Source: Bugula neritina (taxonomy: Eukaryota; Animalia; Bryozoa). From it: 64,000 nt of DNA. Below the pieces are notes generated by a model. That model did no database searches, had not been told where the DNA came from, and saw nothing but the letters and a program-made list of their open reading frames with translations. Position 1 is the first letter of the stretch. Each line of letters starts with the position of its first letter. The position numbers and the translations under genes were made by a program. Below are positions 50,701 through 64,000 of the stretch, one piece after another. Location of the stretch: the NCBI GenBank assembly GCA_964035545.1, contig OZ037767.1:31140628-31204627 (forward strand), given 5' to 3'.

Positions 50701-51449
50701 GACAGCACGAGGATAGGGAAGGACAGGTGAGGATTTTTACAACTATAAGTATAAGTTGACATAATAGTAACTATAAGGCTAACCAGAAACTAAGTCCAAG
50801 TAGTAAGACTGATGAGTAATAGTTAACTATAAGTTACATGAATTCTAAATTCAATTTATATTATTAAAACTAACCATATTACCTTAAAATAATCAACTAG
50901 TATAAATGTAATTGCACCTGTAACTGTTGGTGTAAGTGTATGAAGTCAGTTTCACTAGTACTACTACTAGCGTTGGACCAGCAGTTAACTATGATGCCAA
51001 CACTAGCACAGAGGTCATACACTTGCACAGACAGTAACAAGTGCAACTACATTTATAGATGTTCATAATTATAATTATGAATTAGAACATCAAATTCATT
51101 TTCAGTGACTGCTATGATATATCATATAATTATTTGAGTAATAAAATCAATGACAATAGTAATTCAGTAATTGTTATACTTAAAGTCATAGTAATACTAA
51201 GTCTAATAGTAATAGTAATACTAATACTAATTGAGTGATTCAAACATTCAATTTCAATGTCAATTAGCACGAAAATTTTCAATCACAAACTCATACTATT
51301 GGTCAGACTTATTGTGATCCCGATAATCTAAACTCTAAGTCATAATCACAATGGGCATGGCACTAAGCCTAAGCCGCCTAGAGTTATGACTTGAAGTTGA
51401 AGTATGGCTATGACCATGACAGCTACTGTTACTATTAGTGTTAGTGTTA

Positions 51450-51840
51450 GTATCACTAGCACTGCGGTTTATATTGAGTTCAAAAAGTAATTCAAAATAT
51501 GGCCAAGGCTCGAGAACAGCTAAATATAAAAACATTGGAATCACATAGAAAATTAAGCCGTATAAAGTTACTACTTCAATTTCTAGCTAATGGTAATAGT
51601 AATGAAAATGTCTGTGGTGAAATTATTAATAACTTTAATGGACTAACTAAATATCCACCTATCCTAACACGTAACATGTTCAGACATATTCCTCGTTCAT
51701 TACTAGCAAATTCTAACGCACACTTTAATAGTTTCCTTCCCAGGACAATCACTATCAGAGACCTTAGAATCTCTGAAGTTACGCTTCCATAACACTCCTC
51801 CGTGAAGGTCTCCTCTTCCCTCTCGAGGGTTGAGAGACTC
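51450..51840 (+). mobile_element. LINE 3' fragment (ORF2 C-terminus)
   Basis: LNIKTLESHRKLSRIKLL...FNSFLPRTI.IRDL matches the characteristic SFFPRTIRD end of CR1-group ORF2. Confidence 0.7.
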
Positions 51841-53613
51841 GACACAGATAATCATAATGATACAGATAGTCACTGTCATACAGATCACTATTAATTTTAA
51901 AGTCACTTATTCAGAATGTTCGAGTCTGCCGCTTGGGGGGGGGGGGGGGTGATGGTGTTACACTAACACTTACTGACTTAGTCTTACAGTTAGTGAGTTG
52001 CTGTTAGAGTAAGCTAGTGTTACAAGCTAGGTAATGTGATAACTGAAAATTGAATATAAAATACTAAATACTAAATAGTAAATAGCAATATCGTTAAATT
52101 TAATACCTATTGATTTCAAATATATTAATAATACTAATTCTAATAGTAATGGACATAGTAATAGTAATACTTATAATTATACTAATACTAATAGTAATAC
52201 TAATATTGAATATATTATATAATCATAATCATAATGATAATGATAAGCAATACCATTAAATTTAATATTATCATTATGATTATATTGATAGGTATTTTCA
52301 TATATTTATAAGTTATGTATGTTAAATTAGATCAATAGACGCCAAATTTTATGTAACAAATTAACTACTAACTTAACAGTAAACTAGTCTTCTAAGCGCA
52401 AGAATAAATGAATGACAGTATGGTCACACCGGGGCGCGACCATTAACACGCGTGCATTGCTTAGAAGAAAGTGAGAAATTCGGTGCGATTTATTCATATA
52501 ATTATTATAATTATACACCACTCTGGTCCTATCACAAGTTCTAATAAATAGTCACGCCTCTCCAATAGACGGGAAGTTATAACTATAACCCTGTAGTTGT
52601 AGTTTCATTTCAGTGGACTAAACGACAATTATCTCGCCATAGTTCATTCAACAATGACGAGATAATAAAACGCAAAAGAAGGGTTTTCCTATTACATTTG
52701 ACTGCGCAGTGTTATAAAAAATTATTTTAGCCAAATTACTGTGAATGTCATTACAATCTTCAATCTTTCACCGATTTTTCATATTTAGAAAATAAGAATT
52801 TCAGCAATCATACTAATGCTTACTGCTTGTATAAGTTGACATTTTTATTTGGATATATATTCTACATATTATTGTTTGTATATAATTGATATACACACAA
52901 ATGCCACCTTGTATTTTTATGTATCTAATTATAATTAAAACATTCTTTGATTTTATTTTTTCATTTTTCATACTGATATGCTAAAAACCAGTAGTACAAT
53001 CTGCATTCATGTTGAACATGTTTAGGCATGTTCATGTAGACCTGTCTATTCTAACAGAAGTTCATTTGAATAACTCAAGCTCTCACAAGCAATGAAAGAG
53101 GACGAGGTTATATTACCAAAATGCAACAATGTGCTGCTACTATGCCAGATCTACATGAAATGTACAAAAATATATGACTAGACAAAGTGAATTAAAAAAA
53201 CAATTAAAAATGAAAAAGTAAACTTAAAACTGCAGTTGCTCTTAAAATTCCATTCATAGAGAAAATAACACACGAGTCACTGTGTGAAGAGTTGCTATCT
53301 GCTACAAGTCAGGTCATGTAGAGTAGTAGAAGTTGAGTAAGCTAGTCCTCAAGGGGCCCAAACCCTTCTACTACAAGCTATTGCTTCATCATTCAACATG
53401 AGGATAAAAATACGATGAAGATTATTTCAACAAACAGGTTGTGTAGTGTTAACTCATCATAACACAGTTATACACAAGTAGGGATGGCCAGCCCCCAGCC
53501 CGTGTGACAGCATGGTTAGATTATAGGCTATGTAGTTGTGCGATTATGAATCAATTTCATCAAGTCTTAGGTAAGCTACACAAGTTGCCATCAAGTCTTT
53601 TCAAGTTAAAACC

Positions 53614-56600
53614 CTACGCTATGTCACTAAAGTACTTATTCATGATTTCCGGGTGGTGTTTGTGAAACCCCTTTATGTGTTTCTGCTTCTCCTTCAGAGG
53701 CAAAGTCGTGTCTTCAATAACGTTTTTTACGAGGGAGATGATTGCCGTTTCTGTAGTGGCAGCTTGCTGTGTCTCGTACTCTTGTGGTGTGAGGTTGTCG
53801 CAGAACAGAGTGCCTGGGAGAGAGAGACAGTAGTGAGCAATGGTGAAAGCATGAATAAACTTATTTGATTAATTTAAACACATTTCACCGTGAAACTTTC
53901 CTCTACCACAAACTCCAAGTTAGCATCCTTTACCATAAGCTACATGCAGTGAGATATGCTCTATGATGAACACAATAACAATGGCTTCCCATGTATTCCT
54001 TCAGCTATACATTATCAATCAGGGCTAAGCAGCTCATGCATTAAAGAGGTAGGAAAAGAAGGTTACTACGAGAATAACATGCTACTAGTAAAATATAAAG
54101 TAGAACTATCAATATTTGTGTCAGGTGATCTAAACTCCATACTAATATATGCAGCTAACGGCAATATATTGTAACACTGTACATGATTAATGTCCAATGT
54201 TACATAAGCTGCTGAAACATAAAACATCTAGTAGCTAATTTAACATAAGAGCTTACTTTCATTCAATGCATTTCCAACAAACTATTTCATACAGCAATGT
54301 GAACGCGGCACTCATGAGGTACATAATATGACATGGAGTTAGGCTGATCAGTAACAATGTATAAACCAAATAACGTGATGCACTACTAGAGGAACAGCTA
54401 GTGATGCTAAGTGATGGTAATGAAAAATATACACTGCAAGTGCCTGTATATTATATGACAGGCATCTGGATCTTGAAAGCTGAGGACAAGTGAGAGATTG
54501 ATGCTGCTCCTACTATCAGGGGTAGCAACTTACTAGAAGGGGTAGTAACTTTCTAGAAGGGGTAGTAACTTACTAGGAGTAGGTGTATCATCTCCACTTT
54601 TGACACTTTCCAGGGTCCTTTCTAGAGTCAGTTGAACTGAGCAGGGAACAGATGCTAAGCTGCCAGAGTAGTGCAGCAGCAGCAGCAACAGCACGCGTCT
54701 CTGATTCAACGACAGCAACTTACAGCCTATATAGAATATTCCGGAGAAATCATTGAGAACGCAGTCATTGTTGCTCTGGAAAGAAACACAAATTCCTTAT
54801 AAGATAACAGACTGAAAAGTGTGTGACAATGATTTGCATAGATTATTAATTGATGAGAATTCAAGTGGTAAAGGAAATGAATTTTTCTAGAATACAAGGT
54901 TAATAAACATTAAATAGCGTTAGGTTAACTAGAGCAGAGTTAGTGTATGCTGACAGTGCTAGTGTATGCTGACAGCTAGCTAGTGTATACTGACAGTGCT
55001 AGTGTATACTGACAGTGCTAGTGTATACTGACAGTGCTAGTGTATGCTGACAGTGCTAGTGTATGCTGACAGTGCTAGTGTATACTGACAGTGCTAGTGT
55101 ACGCTGACAGTGCTAGTGTACACTGACAGTGCTAGTGTATGCTGACAGTGCTAGTGTACGCTGACAGCTAGCTAGTGTATACTGACAGTGCTAGTGTACG
55201 CTGACAGTGCTAGTGTATACTGACAGTGCTAGTGTATACTGACAGTGCTAGTGTATACTGACAGTGCTAGTGTACGCTGACAGTGCTAGTGTATACTGAC
55301 AGTGCTAGTGTATACTGACAGTGCTAGTGTACGCTGACAGCTAGCTAGTGTATGCTGACAGTGAGCTACTCACTTGATTGGCTCTAATCTTGGGTTCCGC
55401 TGATTTGCTGACGACATGAAGGAACTGCAGGAGAGTGGAGAGCTCAGCCACCAAGTAGCAAGGCAGCAGCATGGCTGCCAGTCGCATCACAAACATGGCT
55501 CTCTCTTCCTGTGCGGACAGGATGAGACCGAGGACGGCCAGGTGGATCTGCTCGTGACACACAGGAAACAGCGGCTCAGTGCGGGCACGGTAACTCTTTC
55601 GGATTGATCTAAAGTGAAATCGGCTTGAGTACTACCTGAGTATCATGCAGAGTATTACTTGAGTATCATACAGAGTACTGCTTGAGTATAATACAAAGTA
55701 TTACTTGAGTATAATACAGAGTATTACTTGAGTATCATACAGAGTACTACTTCAGTATCATACAGAGTACTACTTGAGAATCATACATGCTAACACTAAG
55801 GTGGAGGGTATACAAAGTTGTCAATTTTCACTCTTCTAATAATCCAATACTGACACATCAATATAAACAGTAGTTTAATCACCCTGATTTCAACATCACT
55901 ACTGCATGTCGTAAGCCGTAAGGTTTAGGCTAAACAAACAAAGTGCCTAGTTGAATGAGTAATCCTTAATTGCATAACTTTGCTTACAAGTAGATTATTT
56001 ATAGTAACACATCACACACCGGAACAACCAAGACACTTGAGGAGTCAACATTGAGTTTGAGATGTTACATTGAAGTAAAAAGGTGCACTACCCTGTGTTG
56101 CTAGAGAAAAGAAAACTTGGCTGTCACACAGAAAACTGAGTAAACACTCAAGTAATTATATTTGTGTTTGATTTTACTGCCAGCAATAAATTAGTCTAGT
56201 TTGAAGTTAAGTCATCCATTTCACTAAGTTGAATTACATGCAATTGGTATAACTAAACTGAAAAGTAAAAAACTGCCCCCTAATTATACAGGTCAAAGGT
56301 CATCATGCCAGTATACATTCTCACAGCACAGCGTGTACACCCCTGTATGTGACAGTGTGTACACCCCTGAATGTGACAGTGTGTACACCCCTGAATGTGA
56401 CAGTGTGTACACCCCTGAATGTGACAGTGTGTACACCCCTGAATGTGGTAGCGTGTAAACCCCTGAATGTGGTAGAGGGCCTCCCAATCAAGGCAGCACT
56501 TCACAAAGTGAGTAAAGGGGATAACTGTGCTAAAAGACTGTGCTCACAGAGCAAAGGGTTGAGTGTCTACAGCACAGCCCTTCCTTCAACTCATCACAAT

Positions 56601-59600
56601 GACCTCTAGTGACTCTGCTAACCACCAGCTAGACCTCTAGACTAGCAACTCATTCAACTGACTATCATATTACTGTAGAGGTACCTGGAGAGTGTCAGTG
56701 GGTACAGCATCAGCTAATACACTCCTAGTTTATATCCAAACTGTTGGACATTATTGACATTGCATCAGCAGGTTCTATTCAATGTTTCAGTTATTTATTG
56801 ACACATTACCTGCAGTTGAGGTAATACATTGCTAACCGGTCAAAGTACATCCTAGAGAGCTAGAAATGAGCAGAATGAACCACCAGCAACTGGTACTGTG
56901 TTACACTCACTTATATAATGCCAACTTGTAGTCTAATTGATTCAGTCCAACTTGATAATCAAATGTTGTCTTGTGTCCGTTTGGCATAAAGTCAAAAACT
57001 TGAATAGCTGTTTGCACCCACATGTCAGCGGCATTCTTTCTACAACATACAGGATGTGCTGAGATAAGATGAGGGTTGCGAGGGTACAGTTGTGAAATGG
57101 AAAGAGTAAAGCAATAAGGAGATGGAATGTCGAGAGCTGACACGAAATCAGAGATTAGGAACATAATTTTCTCCGAGCAACAGCTCATACTCTTTAGTAT
57201 TCACATTACATATATTTTATTTTCCATCATTTCTTTTCAATTTGCTTATAATCGCATGTATAATATAAATGAATGAACAACTGTTAAAGATTACCCACTG
57301 TGATGGTGTTAGTTTAAATTTCTATTAAATTATGGAAAATAGCATAAAACAGCCAAGTTGATACACTTGGTTAGTTGGAGAGTTGAAAGGGTTTTATCAT
57401 CATATAGCTATAGTCTACTTATCTTAGTATCTGGTCAGATATTAATAAACCCAATAAACAAGTCAACACTTGATTATGTTAATCACATTATACAATGTAT
57501 TTCTCTCTCTCTAGCCAACCTATATTCAAGTGTTAGACATTTAATGGAAAGTAGAGCAAAACCATCAACTTTTAGGAATTTTAGAATGGGAGGAGCCACA
57601 CCCACCCCGTCATGTGCTGGGGAGTGTCAAAGAACACAGAGTTGTCATAGCCTGGGCTCTCTTTGCTCTGATTGGAGGAGCAGACTAACCCCTCGAGGAA
57701 GGGCAGGTCTAGGAGCTGAGAGAGTTGGGAGAGGGCTATCTCCTGCTTCATCTCCGATATGGCTGAAACAGTTCAGTTATACAGGTCAATTCTACAGGTC
57801 ACTCAACAGGTCAGTTCTACAGGTCACTCAACAGGTCAGTTCTACAGGCCAATTCTACATATAATAAGCTCTACAGTTTATATTCTACACATCAGTAGGG
57901 GCTAGTAGGGCCAGAGCAAAGCTATGAGCATAGAGCCAGTGTTTACAAACAGGAAATATATTATATTACAGTAGGTGATGCAATACAGGAATTACCAAAC
58001 CTGATGCAACCTGGCTGTCTTGGAGCTAGACTGAAAGTTGAATGTATGTAGATATGTAGGTCAGCAGGGAGATCTCTACTACAGACTAAATACAGTTTTA
58101 AGGTTCATATCCCAACAGAAATGGAGTTTATAGTACAGCCTGAGGCTGGTGAGTTGATAGTGTCAAGTCATGTTGAGTGCACACAATACTAGTTACTATA
58201 CTGAGCTGTATGTACACACAATACTAGTTACAATACTGAGCTGTATGCACACACAAGCCGGAAACTGTGTTTAGCTGATAACTGTCACGACACACACCTG
58301 CAGGGGAGAAGATAACTTCCCCCGTCAACTGAGATAATTTGTGGACAGATTTACTGCTGTGGGAGACATCGTCTACCTGGTGAGCACTTCCAGCTCTCTC
58401 CTTGTTTGACTCGGCACTGAAATATGGTACAGGTGAGGTGTGACTGAGATATGGTACAGGTGAGTGTGACTGAGATATGATACAGGTGAGTGTGACTGAA
58501 ACATTGTACAGGTAAGGTGTGACTGAGATATGATACACTAGAAGTGAGTAAACAATATCCAGTAAGATGTTAGAAATGCAGGTATTGAAAGAAATAGATT
58601 AGTGTAAGCATTAGAGTGGAAACAAAGACAACTTCAGTACAAATGGCTGTATGAAAACAATTACTCAGCAAAATTGGACAAGGTGCCAGACAACTTCCTG
58701 AAGTTTGACCCAGTTTTTACCCAATGTTATATAATATTTAAACAATTATATAATAATTGAATTACTATATAATAATTAAATTATAACATGGTAATTGAGC
58801 ATCTTCACTCAGGAAATTAAGTTACTGCACAATTAATTAATTGGTAGTTGTGATTAATGTTGATATAATACATTTCCACGGTGACTATATTTCTCATCAT
58901 TCAACAGCTTATAAGTTTATACTTAAAGTAAATGTTGTGTAGTGTGTTGGGACATTCACACTGGAGTAACAAAGAGAACCTTAGAGAGAGTTGAACTGGG
59001 AAGTATTACTAATATTGTGTATGCAGAAGATATAACTATAGCAGTCTGCATGGCTGTAGCTAGGCATAGCACATGACTATATCATACGTGTGCAGCGGGC
59101 CGTAGCATAAACCTTTCCAGACTAACAAAGAACATACCATTTCAGAAATTCCAAAAGGTATGGTGTGACACTATTGACCAATAAAGTAAAATGATTGAAC
59201 TAAACTCTGTACCTTATATTTAAATTAATTTTGCCGACAAACTATAATATGATATATCCTGAAAATCTCACGTGCCCAACTTCTATTGCGTATAGGAATA
59301 AGACTTACTGGCTATCACCATGAGCTAACTTGCAGCAGTTCCTTCCAGTCTCAAACTCTGCACCACCTGAATAGAAACATATGATATACCAATGCAGCAT
59401 ATCACAGCAACTATTATGTAATACAGTAAACATTAGAATAATACACAGCATGGGGTACATTGTAGAGAGTAGAGACATGGAATAAGGATGCTCAAGTAAC
59501 ACAATTATCGGACATAAATGTGTAAACATTGTTTCGTAAAACATAATTTAATTTCACTTAAAAAGTTGCTAATTTATGATTGAATATTTAATGAGGAAAA

Positions 59601-62413
59601 CACAAGGTCTTGGAAATCAATAGTCAATGTGATAGCAATGCAACTCAACCCGGCTCAACCGGGTGACTGGCTGAAAGTTTCTCATTCTAGAACTAAGTCT
59701 ACAATTACACATCAGTGAGAGGGAACTAAGTCTACAGGTTCATGTAGGCTAGAGGCACTGGTAAAATGGTAATAATAGCACGATTGGAAAAGTGAGTAAA
59801 AGAGGCACATTTTCAATATTGGGGTGGTTGTTGGGGGTTTGGGGTTTAATGGTTGGGGTTTGGGAGAATTTAACATCATTGTGCCATTTTTACCTAATTT
59901 TCCATTTGCAACATCATTACCTGTGTCATTTTTACAGTGCCACTTTTGCCTGTACCATTTTTACCTAAAATCAGGCTAGAGAGTAACTTAGTGTACACTG
60001 AGTTAATTTCCAAACTTAAACAGTGACTCAAGTAAACAGTACGAGTTGCAGTCTTCCAATAGTTTATTAACTAGATACCTGACAACAATACACAGTAAGT
60101 ACAGTACACAGTAGTGATCCAACATCACGTGAAGTCACAGCCTAGTGCCAACAGACGCAACAGGTGATCCAATCATTTAATGTTGACCTACATAGCAAGT
60201 GCACACATTCCTATCATACACATGTGGTGTAATAAAAATAGTTTAGCCTTACTTCCTGTTTGCTGTGCCCAGGTTCCTCGTAACCGAAGTGACCTTCTAA
60301 GAGTAGGAGTTCGGAGGCCCCAACCAGTTTCAGCACATTGTGACTGTCTACCAAGACTTGATGCAGAACCCTTTCTCGTGTAAACTCCAGGAGTGCCTGC
60401 AATCACATTCAGAAAGATACTGCTCTTTGGTATAGAAGGTAGAAAGATTAGCACCTGGTTACACCACTTCCATTACCTTATCTCTCTCCCCTATTGGCAA
60501 AACACACATTTTTACTGCCTCATTTCAATGTTTACGTGTTACTGCCACACTTGAACATTTTCAGTATTACTACTTTAGCAAATTCATGTCAGAGATGGAG
60601 TTGATTTACTCCTTTACCAATTATGGGACAGACAGGCTACAGTTGAAAGTGAACTGTGAATACATAGCCTCAACACTATACATGTCCTTATTTTTGCAGT
60701 ACACATCACCAACGCTGAACGCATACCCCCTATGCCTTATTATAGCACTGGAATCCAAGTTTATATCATCTGATCAATGAATTTGTAATTGGTAATTTAC
60801 AAAAAATTCTCACTTATTGCGTGATGGAAAATCAAGTCGCTGGAGCGTATCGATGAGTTGCAACGTGTAATAAATCCGTTCATTCTTTAGAGATACTAAC
60901 CAGTTCCGGCTGATATTTTTCTAGTCATGATGCCGGTAAGAAATGCTGACTCACAGTTCAATGAACACGTCTTTTTAGTTAGCACACACTCGTTATAAAC
61001 TTTCTTCACCACAGATGTTGTCCTACTGTGTCTAAAATAGAAGCTACTAGATTGTCAACAGTTAAACTGAAAACTAAGAAGGATTGAAACTGAACTGAAT
61101 GTTCATTCTACTAAGAGATCAAAAGGCCACATTTTCCAGCTCAAAAGGCCGCCAAAAGTCAAAAGGCCGACAAAAGTCAAAAGGCCGCCAAAAGTCAAAA
61201 GGCGCAGGTTGAGCATGGCTGGGCCGCCCTAGCGGTAGTTGACATTAAATCTTGTACTTCTTGCCAAAAAGGTCGCTAGACATTGTTTACTAGTTGAGAT
61301 TAACATTCCTGTGTGGACAATAATTTCATCATTTTATATTTAGCAACAATAAAAAGAAATGATTCCAACAGTTCCTGACACTAATGAGTTGGCCAGCCAA
61401 CTAACTGCTACCAGCTGATTGTAAGATAATTCAAGCAAATCAGGACAACTCACTGAAATATTTCGCAACTACAAGCTGTGCAATTGTTAAAAATTTGTGA
61501 AAACCCCAGTCTATTAGGCAGGTGTCAATGTAAAATGATTGCATGGTCTGATTACCGAGGGTTGGTCTACTAGTCTAGCAGAGTACTGTGCAACTCCATC
61601 TCTAGACTTGACTTACTCCAGACTTACTTGAGACTTACACTAAAAGGTTAACAAACTCTATTACTGACCCCAACACACCTGAGAATTACTTAGGTTAAAG
61701 CACTAAACTCTGATTCAATAAGATTAAGTACTAGAATAAAGTTGAGACTTGAAACTCATTGTACTAGAGAAGGCAACTCTCACATTGACAAGTATTTCAA
61801 CTTCTCAAACAGAACTTTAGAGGAATCACATTTCTTATAGAAATGAAATGGATACCTGCAGACTTACACTAGTTTATATAATTATACAGAAGGGCTAAAG
61901 CCCCCCTCCCACCCCCCTATGGCATATATGATAGTGACGACATACATAAAGTGATGAAATACAACCTGTCCTTGCCATTGGTGTCCCTCAGCACAGTGCT
62001 GCTGCCAGATTTGTCTGTCTGTGCAGAGTCAGCGATACCCAGCAAGTCTTGGATGGTATGGCCAGCTAAGCCGAGACTGTTCACGGGATTGCACACTACA
62101 ACCTCTCCTGAACTCTTGGATGGTAGACTGGGCCGGCGCTCCTTTACACTGTGAAATAATCATACAAGCTCTAATTAGGGAGGACAGACAACTCCGGATA
62201 GCTCAAGAATAATTACGTGACTTGCAGCAGAAAAAACCACATGCTTTATGTCTCAGCAACAAGAAATGTTAATAAATTTCTGAACTGGAATTACAGTGAA
62301 AATGTGATAAGCTGACAAATGATTGCGGCTTGCTGATGAAAATCTTACCCGCCTATCTCTCCGCCGGCTACACTGGAAGAGCGACTTTTTGTTGAGGAGT
62401 TTCTGCCCCATTT
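53614..62413 (-). CDS. DEPDC7: DEP domain-containing protein 7-like (DEPDC1/4/7 family), 3' part; 5' exons and DEP domain not located
   Basis: Phase-consistent exons 62413-62349, 62148-61966, 61031-60955, 60396-60253, 59366-59309, 58416-58298, 57762-57606, 57039-56911, 55608-55374, 54775-54574, 53813-53614. LSQLLDLPFLEGL, DMWVQTAIQVFDFMP, EPLF...ELSTLLQFL and IEDTTLPLKEKQKHIKGFHKHHPEIMNKYF match my recollection of the DEPDC7 C-terminal half. The six low-complexity 5'-most exons are less certain. Confidence 0.8.
54940..55365. repeat. 19-bp minisatellite (CTGACAGTGCTAGTGTATA)n in a DEPDC7-like intron
   Basis: Direct observation; roughly 20 copies. Confidence 0.95.
55625..55790. repeat. 23-bp minisatellite (GAGTATCATACAGAGTATTACTT)n
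   Basis: Direct observation. Confidence 0.9.
56330..56475. repeat. 24-bp minisatellite (GTGTACACCCCTGAATGTGACAGT)n
   Basis: Direct observation. Confidence 0.9.
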
Positions 62414-62947
62414 CTGAAAGAACACGGCATAAGTTGACACCATGTTTGCCCTTTGGCTGATTCATAATGCAAAGCACAACAAATACTTCATCTTACAAGA
62501 GTGGGTTTACTAAGCATGTAGAGACAAATCCGAGAAATAATTAGAACCGATAACTCTGAGAATTAATTAGAAAAGACAACTCTAACAAACCATGATGATG
62601 GAGTGAGTTATTGGCAATGTTATATAACTTTGCCGGCTCAAAAACAAGCTATCATCAAATTACTAGAACAGAGTAGTAATACAGAAAGAGAATTTACATG
62701 CGGGTTATGTAACTGCAGATGCCGAGAAATTATTGTACAGTAGGACTGAAATTCTGTCTTTTCAAATAATTTTTCAAGATATTTGATTGAAGAAAGCAGC
62801 AATGCATTGCATGCAATAAACGTAGCATCCAGACATTAATTGCAAAATCATAATGAGAAAAAATTCAAAAAAAGGAATTACTCAAGCTTTTCTACTATCA
62901 AAATAATTTGAGTGAACTCAACAGATGTTAGTTGATACAAGTACTTT

Positions 62948-63145
62948 ATCTGCAGATGATATTAAAAGTATTGCATCTGCAGGTGATATTAAAAGTATTG
63001 AATCTGCAGATGATATTAAAAGTATTGCATCTGCAGATGATATTAAAAGTATTGCATCTGCAGATGATATTAAAAGTATTGCATCTGCAGATGATATTAA
63101 AAGTATTGCATCTGGAGATGATGCTAAAAGTATTGCATCCGCAGA
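62948..63145. repeat. 27-bp minisatellite (TCTGCAGATGATATTAAAAGTATTGCA)n
   Basis: About 7 copies; it produces the SADDIKSIA repeat ORF. Confidence 0.92.
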
Positions 63146-64000
63146 ATTGGAGTCAAGTAAGCTGTTTGTATTACTGGACTAATGTTAACCAAATATTATG
63201 CTAGAAGTAGCTATTACTGAGTATTAGTATTAATAGAAGCAGCAGTAGTGTTGAAGCAATACTAATTGTAGACTTTGTTACTGACAATGTTTATGCTGGA
63301 AGAAGGTATTTAATGGGTAATAAGTGAAGTGAATAAGCAAAGTGAAAAAGAATAAAATATTATAATTATTATTTGTGGCTCAATGTTTCAATATGAATAT
63401 ATTACATACATTACATATATTAATATATATAATTGTACATTGTTTAGGAAATCATTATATCAATAACATATAGATTACTATTTCATTCAAAGTATTGGAT
63501 ATACTACTTATGAAGAGTGAGCTTTTATAGTGATTGTATTTGTTATTCCCATATTCACATTGACTACTGCATTTTCTACCAAAGTCAATATGAATATGAA
63601 TATAGACTCTCAATCTCAATCTGCATTTTGATATGGCACTCAGATTATAAGTTTTAAATTCCAGATAATTTACAACTAGAAATGAAAACTTACTAAAGTA
63701 TTTTAATAATCTTTTAATGCAACATAAACAAAACATAAATTACTATTAGTATTCACTACTAGTAGCCAACTACAGATTAAGTAGGTAACATCCTTGTTGG
63801 CAATCAAGTGTTTCCTGGCTGCTGATTGGTTGATGATAAATCATGAGAACTAATGTAGCAAATATCAAACAGAGTTTTACTGGGCTCACTAATTTTTTTT
63901 AATTCATCATTGAGAACACAACTCTTGAATGCTAAGCTTTTCATACATACTGCAGTAAAGATAGGAAACCTGTACACAGTAATTGAATTGAAAACAACCA

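Noticed and set aside
54940-55365. Regular repeat arrays considered as CRISPR-like
   Set aside because: Head-to-tail units with no unique spacers, eukaryotic context, no cas genes.
56686-56852. Two small GT-AG-bounded open segments considered as extra DEPDC7-like exons
   Set aside because: Direct splicing of 56911 to 55608 already gives a colinear match to the family sequence.
62925-63204. SADDIKSIA repeat ORF
   Set aside because: A 27-bp minisatellite that happens to be stop-free; no supporting gene structure.

Overview
AT-rich, intron-containing, microsatellite-rich eukaryotic (animal) DNA; it looks invertebrate, but the species cannot be determined from sequence alone. The first ~45 kb hold a tandem cluster of about eight paralogous 4-exon genes and pseudogenes that the ORF track does not show, because each is split by introns at the same positions and phases (1,1,0). 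Each encodes a ~180-230 aa protein: an N-terminal C3HC4 RING finger split across exons 1-2, a variable linker, a helical segment with a conserved Y..EA...H motif, and a C-terminal Trp/Lys/Phe-rich amphipathic (in one copy frankly hydrophobic) helical region. I cannot assign this architecture to a named family. Three copies are intact (770-2188 +, 16143-20605 -, 24936-26182 -). Several others have a disabled RING but keep open helical exons, and two are frameshifted pseudogenes. Further along are a predicted GPI-anchored Cys-rich protein gene (39083-40253 -), a single-pass receptor gene with a Grindelwald/TNFR-like Cys pattern (46879-~48948 -), and the 3' part of a DEPDC7-like gene (53614-62413 -) whose 5' end was not located in the window. 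Mobile and repeat content: a 5'-truncated CR1/L2-group LINE with an open RT ORF, several LINE relics, a solo LTR with a 4-bp TSD, a ~570-bp near-perfect palindrome, a tRNA-like element, and many mini- and microsatellites. All exon models were built by hand from GT-AG sites and protein similarity; no database searches were run.
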